In this document: positions 12,459 to 23,569 of the stretch, one piece after another
How the letters are laid out: each line of letters opens with the position of its first letter
Position numbering within the stretch: the first letter of the stretch is position 1
From: Octopus bimaculoides
Taxonomy: Eukaryota
Direction: 5' to 3'
DNA length: 64,000 nucleotides
NCBI RefSeq assembly: GCF_001194135.2
Contig: NC_068999.1
Coordinates: 27,357,727 to 27,421,726, forward strand
Notes under the pieces: model-generated
Told to the model about the DNA's origin: nothing
Database searches by the model: none
What the model saw: only the letters and a program-made list of their open reading frames with translations
Translations under genes and position numbers: made by a program

Positions 12459-13602
12459 TTGGACAAAGCTCTAGTATTTCGAATAAAACCGAATCATACG
12501 ACAATGCATACTTGAATTTATTATCTCCATTTTGATAAACAATTGCTTCAATTTTACTTGTGCTTTTTATAGATAGTATCATTAACACATGTCTCCCTCA
12601 TTTTAGATTATTTCAATTTGGGCGGTAACTCGTGGGACCAATCTAATAATTTAATGCTCTAATTCTTTTTCTTTTGCGGAGAATGAGATAATATAATAAA
12701 AATTGGAATTAATCAACAATCTGAATTATTTAATTTTTTTTTTATTTCTTAAACCCAAATATAATAATTATACAAGATGGCTATATGTAATGCATTTAAT
12801 GAATGATGTAAATACATTTTCCTTGTGTGAATAACCCAGGCATCCCTTGTGTATAATTTACAAAAGTAAACAGTAAGAAAATAGAGACAAAGCAGGAAAA
12901 CGGAATAAGGGCTTGCAAGTTCAAAATAAGGGCTTGCAAATTCAGCTATATTTTGCGCCAGGGAATAAAGTGTTCCTCTCTAAAACGTTTTGAGTCAATC
13001 CAAATCATTACCACAGGTGACTGTGAGAGTGAGGCGCTAGAACAGCCAGGCACCATCCCGAGCATCATCTGGTGCCCAGGTGAAGTGGGACGCCAACTAA
13101 GTCAAACACTGCTTTTCAATGGATTAACTGAAGTTTCATGCATAGTACTATATTTGTAGTTTCATGAGAGTCCATGTAGTTTCTCTTGTATTGGTATGTT
13201 GCATGTTAATCATCTAAACTGGCCAATAATCCGAGACTTTATGCTTAAATTTTTGCTGGAATTCCCAATAATATAAACATAAATTTTCCGTTTAATAACA
13301 ATTTTTTCCTCAGTGTCGTTTATCGATTCTTCATTGAACTTCCATTCCGGTAGTTTTCCTTTCGGACGGGAAGAGAGAAAAAGAGGGACACAGGGAGGGA
13401 GAGAGAGAGAGAGAGAGAATAATGACTGCTAACTTGCCTTCTGTGTGTGGGGGGGGGTGCATGTGTGTGTGTGTGAACGTATGTGTTCGCACTCGTGTGA
13501 GAGCAGATAGAATGGAGAAAGCATGCAAAAGACGAGAAATAAATATGAGTTAAATATGTAAGTTAAAGCAAGGAAAATCTGGATTCATTCACATGATATA
13601 TA

Positions 13603-13826
13603 TTCTTATTTCTTTATTGCCCACAAGGGGCTAAACATAGAGGGGACAGACTATAACAGACAAATTACATAGACTCCAGTGTGTAATAGGTACTTATTTT
13701 ATCGACCCCGAAAATATGAAAGGCAAACCCGATCTCGGCGGAATTTGAACTCAGAACGTAACGGCAGACGAAATACCGCTAAGCATTTCGCCCAGCGTGC
13801 TAACGTTTCTGCCAGCTCCCCACCTT
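13603..13826 (-). mobile_element. SINE family B, full length
   Basis: Near-identical to 1241-1477. Confidence 0.85.
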
Positions 13827-13882
13827 ACGCATGATATGTATTCTGTAATATATATATTGACATGATATATATTCCGTAAATA

Positions 13883-13970
<88 letters not shown>

Positions 13971-13993
13971 ACACACACACACACACACATAGT

Positions 13994-14314
13994 GAAGCCG
14001 CGTGGCTTAATGGTTAAGGTATTCAGCTCACGACCGCAAGATCATGATTTCAATTTCTGGCAATGCGTTGTGTCCTTGAGCTAGAAACTTCACTTCATGT
14101 TGCTCTTGTCCACTCAGCTGGCAAAAGTGAGTAATATCTGTATTTCAAAGGACCACCCTTGACACATTCTGTGTCACATTGATTCTTCTTGAGAACTTCG
14201 TTAAATGTACATATATCTGTGGAGTGCTCAGCCACTTGCCCGTTAATTTCACGAGCAGGTTGTTCCGTTGATCGGATCAACTGCAAACCTCGTTGTCGTA
14301 ACCGACGGAGTGCG
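13994..14314 (+). mobile_element. SINE family C (tRNA head, gcgttgtgtccttgagc core, ccgacggagtgc tail)
   Basis: A-box tggcttaatgg; tail gtggagtgctcagccacttg...gatcggatcaactg...ccgacggagtgc shared with 46905-47264. Confidence 0.8.
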
Positions 14315-14342
14315 AGATACACACACACACATAAGGTATAAT

Positions 14343-14500
14343 CCATGGCTTGGTAAGAAGGTTATTTCCGAACCACATGGTTTTGGTTTCAGTCCCACTG
14401 CGTGGCATTTTAGGCAAGTGTCTTCTACTATATAGCCTCTGTCAGTCTGTCCCCCACCAGTGCTTGACAACCGGTGTTAGTGTTTTTACGTTTCCGTAAA
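14343..14500 (+). mobile_element. SINE family A, internally deleted
   Basis: ttcagtcccactgcgtggc...gtgtcttctactatatagcc followed by gcttgacaaccggtg. Confidence 0.75.
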
Positions 14501-14599
14501 GAGATCGATATATATATATATTGCTGCGAGTATGTTTTCCTTGGAAAGAAAAAAATAGAGGATTTTGTTTGGGGATGTAGATTCAAACTTGAATCTATG

Positions 14600-15910
14600 G
14601 AATTCCCCTTACAACGGCACTTTCCCACGGAAAAAGAATAGTTTTTTCAACTGCATGAACTAAAAGTCGGAGGGGGACGAGATAAACTACCTGCATCAAC
14701 TTGCTATAAAAGCAGGTAGTAATTTTACCTTGCATTTATTCTTAGTGCAAGTTTTGAAGAGTGCAGCTCGATTTTAACAGTTATTCCTTCAAAGCTATAA
14801 TGGAAGTGACAAAGGAGCATATTCGGCATGTCTTGCTTTATGAGTTCAATAAAGACAGCAACGCAACGGAAATAAAGACAACGACGTAACGGAAAGTGCG
14901 AGGAATATTAATGTAGCATACGGGGATAGGACAGTAAGCGTAAGCCAGTGTCAATGGTGGTGCCAGAAATTCCGAGCTGGAAACTACAGACTAGAAGATG
15001 AGCCTTGTCCTGGAAGATTTGCAGAGGTAGACGATGACGTCCTGCAAACCCTGGTGGAACAAAATCCCATCGTAAATGTTGAGGAACTAGCAGAGAAGCT
15101 TGGATTTGGTCGTTCAATTATTCATCGACATTTGCGTCATCAAATTGGGTCAATGGGTTCCTCACAAGCTTCCCTACTCTAATTGCGCGTAGGGAGTGAA
15201 TGTGCACTCTTCTTTGTTGTCACATCTCACGAATGAACTTGTTTTGGACCGAATAGTGACTAATGACGAGAAATGGGTTCTCTATAAAAATGTCAAGCGC
15301 TGAAGGCAGTGGTTAGGGAAATGAGAAACACCGGCACCCCAGGCTAAAGAAGGTCTTCACCCATGTAAGGTGTTGTTATCTGCTTGGTGGGGTAGGAAAA
15401 GTTTAGTCCACTTTGAACTTTTAACCCCAAACCAAACGATAACAAAGGAAATCTACTGCGAGCAGCTTGAGTGGCTTAAGTCCGCGGTGGAAGAAAAGCG
15501 ACCATCTTTGGTTTCAAGAGGGAAGGTGTTCTTCTTTCAGGATAATGCTCGGCCATACACAGCAAAGATGACATTCCAAAGGCTGGAGCAGTTTGAATGG
15601 GAAACGATGTACCACTCACCATATTCACCGGACATTGCCCCATCTGATTATCATTTATTCCGCAGTCTTCAAAATGATTTGGACGGAAAAAATATGAACT
15701 CTGTAGACAAGGTCAGAACAGTACTGGCGAGTATTTTTCGTGACGGACACCTGAATTTTGGAAGAGGGGCCTTGCAAGTTTACCAGATAGATGACAGAGC
15801 ATTGTAGAAAATGAAGGAGAGCATATTTCAGACTAAAAAGAACTTCGTTTATTTTAATTTTGAAGAATAAAAGAAGTATAAAAAACCGCATTATTTATGC
15901 GATGACCCAA
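14600..15910 (+). mobile_element. DD34D mariner, decayed transposase, right TIR present
   Basis: MEVTKEHIRHVLLYEFNK at 14800; WVP-like region; IVTNDEKWVLY; FFQDNARPY-34 aa-D in YSPDIAPSDYHLFRSL; right TIR ...tttatgcgatgacccaa|ta ending 15910; left TIR not seen. Confidence 0.9.
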
Positions 15911-15916
15911 TATATA

Positions 15917-16566
15917 CAGGGTGTTTCAAAAGTCACTATACACTTTCTCTTTTTCTATTTCGTTTCAGATATCATTCGGAGAGACGTGAGGCCATCAGCA
16001 TTCGACACGTTAGACTCTGTAGTTTTTATAAGTGTATCATTCCCTTGCCCATGGCTCACCAGTTGATTGAAGCAGGCGTTTGCGAAAAGCCAGAGGGAGT
16101 CAATCCGGAGGATTTACTGGAACTTAGCATCAACAAAAGCTTGATTCAGCGGATCCTTCGGAGAGTGATAAAATTCTACACATACCGACCTCAGGTTGTT
16201 CAAAGGCTGAGAGCGGAAGATTATGGTGCTCGTGTGGAAATGTGTGAATCACTCCTCCACCATTACCAAAACGACTCTCAGTTCTTGGAAAACTTGTGGT
16301 TCAGCGATGAGTCTATTTTTCATCTCTCTGGCCGGGTAAACCAACACAATTGTCGAATTTGGGGAAAATCAAAACCAACAAAAATTCTCAAATATGAACG
16401 AGACTCTCCGAAGCTGGTGGTATGGTGTGCCATGGGCAAGGGAATGATACACTTACAAAAACTGTGAAGTCTAAGGTGTCAAATACTGATGGCCTCACGT
16501 CTCTCCAAATGATACCTGAAACGAAATAGAAAAAAGAAAGTGTATAGTGACTTTTGAGAAACCCTG
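15917..16566 (+). mobile_element. Non-autonomous Tc1/mariner (rosa/DD41D-like) element with about 138-bp TIRs and TA TSD
   Basis: TIRs 15917-16055 and 16429-16566 (cagggtgtttcaaaagtcac...); interior encodes YRPQVVQRL...LWFSDESIFHLSGRVNQHNCRIWG...PKLVVWCAM. Confidence 0.88.
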
Positions 16567-17035
16567 TATATACACTCACCACTTATACGTTTGTGTATGC
16601 GTATGTGAGGGTGTACATGAAACAGTACATATCTTACATCGATTATATAGGACAATTTCATATTCATTCTGGTCACATCATTATTTGCTACGTCTTTCTT
16701 AAAGGTCACTCAACAAACCGTTGTGTGGATATCTGTCTATATTCTGAAAATATAATTATTATTGTTATGTTAATTTCCATTATGGAAGTTAAGAAAAGTG
16801 GAAAAAACATTTCAAGACGCGGAATATAAAGTCGAGACGATTAAGTATGTTGAGTTATGGTACATATAAAAGTGTTGTTTCGGGTTCAATAAAATGTAAT
16901 AACATGAAATGAGATAAAAGTGTTCCTCTTATGATCATCCGGTTTCTTTGTCCAGATAATGTATCTCTCGTACGGCAATGTTCAAAATGGAGCCGACAAA
17001 TTGTTAGTTCAGTAATACTGTTGTTACCGTCTGTG

Positions 17036-17069
<34 letters not shown>

Positions 17070-17205
17070 TGTAGGTAGGTAGGTAGGTATATAGATAGGT
17101 AGGTAGGTATATATGTATGTATGCATGTATGTATGTATGTTTGTATGTATGTGTGTGAGTGTGTGTGTATAAATAAAGTATTTACAATTTCTCTCTTTCT
17201 CTCTC

Positions 17206-17318
<113 letters not shown>

Positions 17319-17341
17319 CCCCTTCCATTTCAATATGTATA

Positions 17342-17695
17342 ATCTTTTATTCTTTTACTTGGACTGCGGTCATGTTGGAGCACCACCTTAAAGGGTTTTA
17401 GTCGAAGAAATCGACTCCAGAACTTATTCTTTGTAAACTTAGTACTTATTCTATCGGTATGTTTTACTGAACCACTAAGTTACAGCATCGGTTGTCAACT
17501 GATTGTGGGGGAACAAACACAGACACACACAAATATATATACGACTGGCTTCTTTCAGTTTCTGTCTACCAAATCCACTCACAAGGCTTTGGACGGCCCC
17601 AGGCTATAGTAGAAGACACTTGCCCAAGGTGCCACGCAGTGGGACTGAACCCGGAACCATGTGGTTGGGGAATAAGCTTCTTACCACACAGCCAT
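17342..17695 (-). mobile_element. SINE family A, full length
   Basis: Head ggctgtgtggtaagaagctt...gggttcagtcccactgcgtggcaccttgggcaagtg, internal microsatellite, tail. Confidence 0.88.
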
Positions 17696-17942
17696 AATTA
17701 TTATATGTGTGTGTCTGTGTGTGTGTGTGTGTATTTATANNNNNNNNNNNNNNNNNNNNNNNNNNNNNNNNNNNNNNNNNNNNNNNNNNNNNNNNNNNNN
17801 NNNNNNNNNNNNNNNNNNNNNNNNNNNNNNNNNNNNNNNNNNNNNNNNNNNNNNNNNNNNNNNNNNNNNNNNNNNNNNNNNNNNNNNNNNNNNNNNNNNN
17901 NNNNNNNATGGATGGATGGATGGATGGATACATGCATATATA

Positions 17943-17981
<39 letters not shown>

Positions 17982-18269
17982 AGCTGACTCAAATACCCTT
18001 GTGCTATTTTCTTTTGCAGTGGTTTCTATTGTTAAGCAAAATGTAATTTCATTGGCAAACATATGATCAACTTGTTCTAAATCACTGTGCAGGGTATAAA
18101 CAAATTGGTGTAGAATGAACGTGTTTTTCGTTCATCTTTTGGAATAAACAGGACAAGAAAAACAAAGAAACAATAAGTCGTTGAAAAAATTAACAAATTA
18201 ACTGGGCAACGACTAAACAAACAAACAAATGTATAAACACACACACACACACACGTGTGTGTGTGTATG

Positions 18270-18483
18270 TGTGTGTGGCCGTGCTTTCCCCGGCCATCGC
18301 TTGACAACAGATGCTGGTGTATTTATGTCCTCGTAACATAGCAGTTCGGCAAAGAGACCGATAGATTAAGTACTAGGATCACAAAAATATTCTAGAAGTC
18401 GATTTCTTCGAATAAAATCCTTTAAGGCGGTGCCCCAGTATGGCCGCAGTCAAATGACTGAAACGTGTAAAAGAATAAATGAA
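18270..18483 (+). mobile_element. SINE family A, 3' half
   Basis: Matches 59-262. Confidence 0.8.
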
Positions 18484-18489
18484 TATATA

Positions 18490-19082
18490 TATATAAAAAT
18501 ATGCAATAAGATATTATAACGATAAATTAACATTATCATTTATTAAATACGTTATAATATAGGTGGCTAAAGCAATTAAAAACTAAAAAGGTAGAATACA
18601 TAAATAAGAATGCAAAATAACACCTACAATTGCTAGAAATAAGAGCTAAAAATATATAACTCGAATAGCCACACAAAATCACCATCCTCATGAGATGTTC
18701 AAAGGGCCTACGAACAGCAAGTCACATCTTTCTCCAGTGAGATAAAACTCACTGAATGAAGTAATTTGATAAGACCCTGTTATATGATTTCGAAATTTAA
18801 CCAATAAGATTTCGTTTCTCTTCAGGGGAATCCACAAATTACTTATGAGTGAAAATAACCGTCGAACAGTGAGCGCTAAAATCCAAAGCGGTTTGAGCGT
18901 ATATAAATATACAATAGGATATTATAACGATAAATTAATGTTATGATATATTAAATACGTTATAATAAAGGTGGTTAAGGCAATTAAAAACCAAAAAGGT
19001 AAAATACATAAATAAGAGTGCAAAATAACACCTACAATTGCTAGAAATAAGAGCTAAAAGATATAACCCGAATAGCCAGAAA
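18490..19082. repeat. About 190-bp direct repeats with a period of about 408 bp
   Basis: gatattataacgataaattaa...caaaataacacctacaattgctagaaataagagctaaaa...cgaatagcc at about 18490-18675 and 18898-19082. Confidence 0.9.
18771..18833 (-). ncRNA. Degenerate hammerhead-ribozyme-like motif
   Basis: GGAUUCCC-CUGAAGA-GAAA(19 nt)UUUC-GAA-AUCAUAUAAC-A-GGGUCU; two transitions away from a palindromic stem III with AUA cleavage triplet. Confidence 0.35.
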
Positions 19083-19393
19083 ATTGCCGTATATATGTAT
19101 ATACATACGTATATACATATGTGTGTGTTTGTGTGTGTGTGTGCGCGTGCGCGCGTGCGTAGGTGTGTGTGCGTGCGTATGTGTGTGTGCTTGTAAGAGG
19201 TTATGGGCCAACAGGTCTTTGGGATCTGACGATACGCTATAAAGCTAAACCCTTTATGAACAGGAAGCGTAAGGTAATCCCATAAACCGGCTTTGCCTAT
19301 TTTTAATATATATATATATATATATACATATATATATGTGAGTAAAAATAAATACAAAAAAAGGGGTTTTGTATGATCGTGTATAGAGGAATA

Positions 19394-19917
19394 TATTATT
19401 TTATTTAAAAGAGTTCCAGCTCTGTCTGTTTTTTATGTTCTATTTATATTCTTGTAAAATTAATGTGGGATATAGAATATGGAATATATAGTATACAATA
19501 TAAAAATGGATGGTACAATGAAATGAAGTATTGAATGTCTTATTGAATATATGGAATATGTCTTATTGAATATATGAAATATTGAGTATTCAATATAAAG
19601 AATTAAATATATAAAGGCGAATACGTATTTTCAATACCTTGTGGTATTCATCATGGCCTAAATCTGACAGACTGTAGTTAATTCTTTATATTGAACACTC
19701 AATATTTCATATATTCAATAAGACATATTCCATATATTCAATAAGACATATTCCATATATTCAATAAGACATTCAATACTTCATTTCATTGTGCCATCCA
19801 TTTTTATATTATATATTATATATTCCATATTCTATATCCCACATTAATTTTACAAGAATATAAATAAAACATAAAAAGCAGACAGAGTTGGAACTAACTC
19901 TTTTAAATAAAATAATA
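19394..19917. repeat. Long fold-back inverted repeat (MITE-like), arms about 213 and 240 bp, 71-bp spacer
   Basis: 19394-19606 is the reverse complement of 19678-19917, with scattered substitutions and a different copy number of an internal 21-bp unit. Confidence 0.9.
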
Positions 19918-20134
19918 NNNNNNNNNNNNNNNNNNNNNNNNNNNNNNNNNNNNNNNNNNNNNNNNNNNNNNNNNNNNNNNNNNNNNNNNNNNNNNNNNNN
20001 NNNNNNNNNNNNNNNNNNNNNNNNNNNNNNNNNNNNNNNNNNNNNNNNNNNNNNNNNNNNNNNNNNNNNNNNNNNNNNNNNNNNNNNNNNNNNNNNNNNN
20101 NNNNNNNNNNNNNNNNNNNNNNNNNNNNNNNNNN

Positions 20135-20172
<38 letters not shown>

Positions 20173-20251
20173 CAAATGACATATGAGCATATGCATGTAT
20201 ACATACATATATGTTCATACCTACATCTACATGTATATATAGATGCATATC

Positions 20252-20760
20252 CGGGTACAGGACGTCAGAAAAGTGAACGGGGAATAAAAAAAACGGACTT
20301 TGTTTACAGACAACAGAACGAACACATAGGAAAACAGACAAGCTACTTATGGAATTATTCCTTCATCAGCTGCCTCTATTCTAAACTAGGCGTTTCGAAG
20401 ATAATGCAGGACGCACTCTTAGAGTAGTTCTTCCTGAGTAATGGATTAACCCACTAAACAAGGTAGCAAACACAAACCAAGAGAGGAAAAATTAGACAGT
20501 GAAAACAACATTAAAAGGCCTTAGGGCCAAACACGATGAGATATTGAACGCAGTGATATGACGAAGCTGAACGAAGAAATAGGTGTTTCGTCTTCCCTTT
20601 ATGCTGGCTGGGGTGAGAAAGGAAGAAGTGACCACAGGTCACATGTGAGCAAAGAGGAGTGGTAGAGGGAGGAAAAGGGAGGAAGTGGAACAAAGGTGAG
20701 CGACGAGAGACAGGGAGGAAGAGTAAGAGAGAGATATGTATAGCAGTAAAGGGGAGAAGT
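20252..20760. repeat. Unclassified dispersed repeat (related copy at 22985-23560)
   Basis: Both start gggtacaggacgtca after a microsatellite, contain ccttcatcag, and end in purine-rich GA tracts. Confidence 0.45.
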
Positions 20761-20831
20761 AAGAACAACAGAAGGAAGCAGAACGGGATGGGGAGATAGG
20801 TAAGAAGAAAGAAAGAAAGATAGATGGATTG

Positions 20832-20896
<65 letters not shown>

Positions 20897-20953
20897 CAGA
20901 CAGAAAGATAGAGTCGCGTCAGAAATATAAAGTTGAAACTTACTTGCAAATTG

Positions 20954-21073
20954 ACGTACGGCCATATCACGTTGAAAGCACCGGTTCTTGTCCGATCACC
21001 GAAGTTAGGCAACATCGAGCCTAGTAAGTACTTAGATGTGTGACCGCTTGGGAAACCTAGATGCTGTAAGCAT
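20954..21073 (+). rRNA. Dispersed 5S rRNA copy, probably a pseudogene
   Basis: 120-nt match to the metazoan 5S consensus (tacggccatatcacgttgaaagcaccggttcttgtccgatcaccgaagtt...gtgaccgcttgggaa...gctgtaagc); substitutions in box A (agttaggc) and box C (agatgtgtgacc); no T4 terminator directly after. Confidence 0.9.
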
Positions 21074-21085
21074 TCCATTTCTATA

Positions 21086-21408
21086 GGCGTAGGAGAGGCT
21101 ATATGGTAAGTAGGTTGCTTACGAACAACAGGGTTCCGGGTTCAGTCCCACTGCGTGGTACCTTGGGCGAGTGTCTTCTACTATAGCCTCGGGCCGACCA
21201 AAGCCTTGTGAGTGGATTTGGTAAACGGAAACTGAAAGAAGCCCCTCATATATATATATGTGTGTGTGTGTCTGCGTGTGTGTGTGTGTCTGCGTGTGTG
21301 TGTGTGTTTGTGTGTCTGTGTTTGTCTCCCCAACATCGCTTGATAACCGATGCTGGTGTGTTTACGTCCCCGTAACTTAGCGGTTCGGCAAAACAGACCG
21401 ATAGAATA
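21086..21408 (+). mobile_element. SINE family A, runs into gap
   Basis: ggcgtaggagaggctatatggtaag...gggttcagtcccactgcg...; internal microsatellite; 3' half. Confidence 0.88.
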
Positions 21409-22149
21409 NNNNNNNNNNNNNNNNNNNNNNNNNNNNNNNNNNNNNNNNNNNNNNNNNNNNNNNNNNNNNNNNNNNNNNNNNNNNNNNNNNNNNNNNNNNN
21501 NNNNNNNNNNNNNNNNNNNNNNNNNNNNNNNNNNNNNNNNNNNNNNNNNNNNNNNNNNNNNNNNNNNNNNNNNNNNNNNNNNNNNNNNNNNNNNNNNNNN
21601 NNNNNNNNNNNNNNNNNNNNNNNNNNNNNNNNNNNNNNNNNNNNNNNNNNNNNNNNNNNNNNNNNNNNNNNNNNNNNNNNNNNNNNNNNNNNNNNNNNNN
21701 NNNNNNNNNNNNNNNNNNNNNNNNNNNNNNNNNNNNNNNNNNNNNNNNNNNNNNNNNNNNNNNNNNNNNNNNNNNNNNNNNNNNNNNNNNNNNNNNNNNN
21801 NNNNNNNNNNNNNNNNNNNNNNNNNNNNNNNNNNNNNNNNNNNNNNNNNNNNNNNNNNNNNNNNNNNNNNNNNNNNNNNNNNNNNNNNNNNNNNNNNNNT
21901 ATATATATGTGTTAAATCTCTGAACGATATATATATATATTAAATAGACTTCTATGTGTGTGTATTCGCTTTTCACGCGAAAGCGACTATGCGAGTTGGT
22001 TCCATATGTGAGATGCATGAACAATTTGATCTTGGATACATAATAGGGTCATCATTTTATTTCTTTATTAGAAATAAATAATATTGCTTTAGATATATCA
22101 TTCACTTCTTTAAAAGAATTTTTCAAAGTCAACTTCTGGTATTGACGTC

Positions 22150-22510
22150 GCAATCGTAACTTAGCGGTTCGGCAAAAGACACCGATAGAATAAGTAACTA
22201 AGCTTACAAAGAATAAGTCCTGGGGGATTTGTTCGGCTAAACGCGGTGCTCCAGCATGGCCGCAGTCAAAATGACTGAAACAAGTAAAAGAATAAAAGAA
22301 TATATACACACATACATACATACATACATACATACATACATACATACATACAGGCGTGGCTGTGTGGTAAGAGGCTTGCTTCCCAGCCACATGGTTCCGA
22401 GTTCAGTACCACTACGTGGAATTTTCTGCAAGTATCTTCTACTATAGACTCGGGCCGACCAAAGCCTTGTGAGTAAATTTGGTAGGCGGAAACTGAAAGA
22501 AACCCGTCGT
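22150..22510 (+). mobile_element. Two SINE family A pieces (tail 22150-22300; head 22353-22510) separated by (CATA)n
   Basis: Matches to other family A copies. Confidence 0.82.
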
Positions 22511-22545
22511 ATATATATGTATGTATGTTTGTGTTATAATAATGT

Positions 22546-22652
<107 letters not shown>

Positions 22653-22865
22653 NNNNNNNNNNNNNNNNNNNNNNNNNNNNNNNNNNNNNNNNNNNNNNNN
22701 NNNNNNNNNNNNNNNNNNNNNNNNNNNNNNNNNNNNNNNNNNNNNNNNNNNNNNNNNNNNNNNNNNNNNNNNNNNNNNNNNNNNNNNNNNNNNNNNNNNN
22801 NNNNNNNNNNNNNNNNNNNNNNNNNNNNNNNNNNNNNNNNNNNNNNNNNNNNNNNNNNNNNNNNN

Positions 22866-22965
<100 letters not shown>

Positions 22966-23569
22966 GCATACATATATACATACGTGGGTACAGGACGTCA
23001 CCAACTGTGTAAACATGTGTAAACAACATTAAATACGAAAACAAACGAGTTAAATACACAAACAACGAGAGAAAGAATGGAAGGACAAGTAACACGGAAA
23101 ACGACCCTTCATCAGTTGTCGGCTGTCTATCTACTCCTCATTTCGGGCATTCAACGACAATATGAGTCTTCGAAGACAGTTGCTTCAATAGAATTTGGGA
23201 TTTATGGACAGTCAAAGTTTGGAACAAAAACAGGACAGCGGAGACATACAAGAAAACTGAAGGAAAGCGAACATGGAGGCTTGTTAGACCAGAACAAGAG
23301 GAAGACAGTGAACACTGGGAGAAATATTTTCTTTGAAAAGAGAAAAGAGAGAAGATAGAGACAGAGAGAAGACGTTCAGTCCTTAGAACTTCGTGCAGTA
23401 AACGAAAGATTGTCACGTGAAGAAAAGATAGATGGACGATGATCACGTGTGAGTAACGAGAGGGAGAGAGAGAAAAAGAGAAAGAGGAGAGAGAGACAGA
23501 TAGGAAACGGTGAAGGAGGAAAGGGAATAGAGAAGGATGGGGGAGAAAACAGTATAGAGTAGACTCTCA

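Noticed and set aside
12930-13200. GC-richer segment with a 68-aa ORF
   Set aside because: No recognisable motif in any frame; no support for an exon
20340-20400. CUGAUGA motif on minus (also at about 23110) suggesting hammerheads
   Set aside because: No GAAA follows stem II in either copy, and a permuted fold lacks the required two helices
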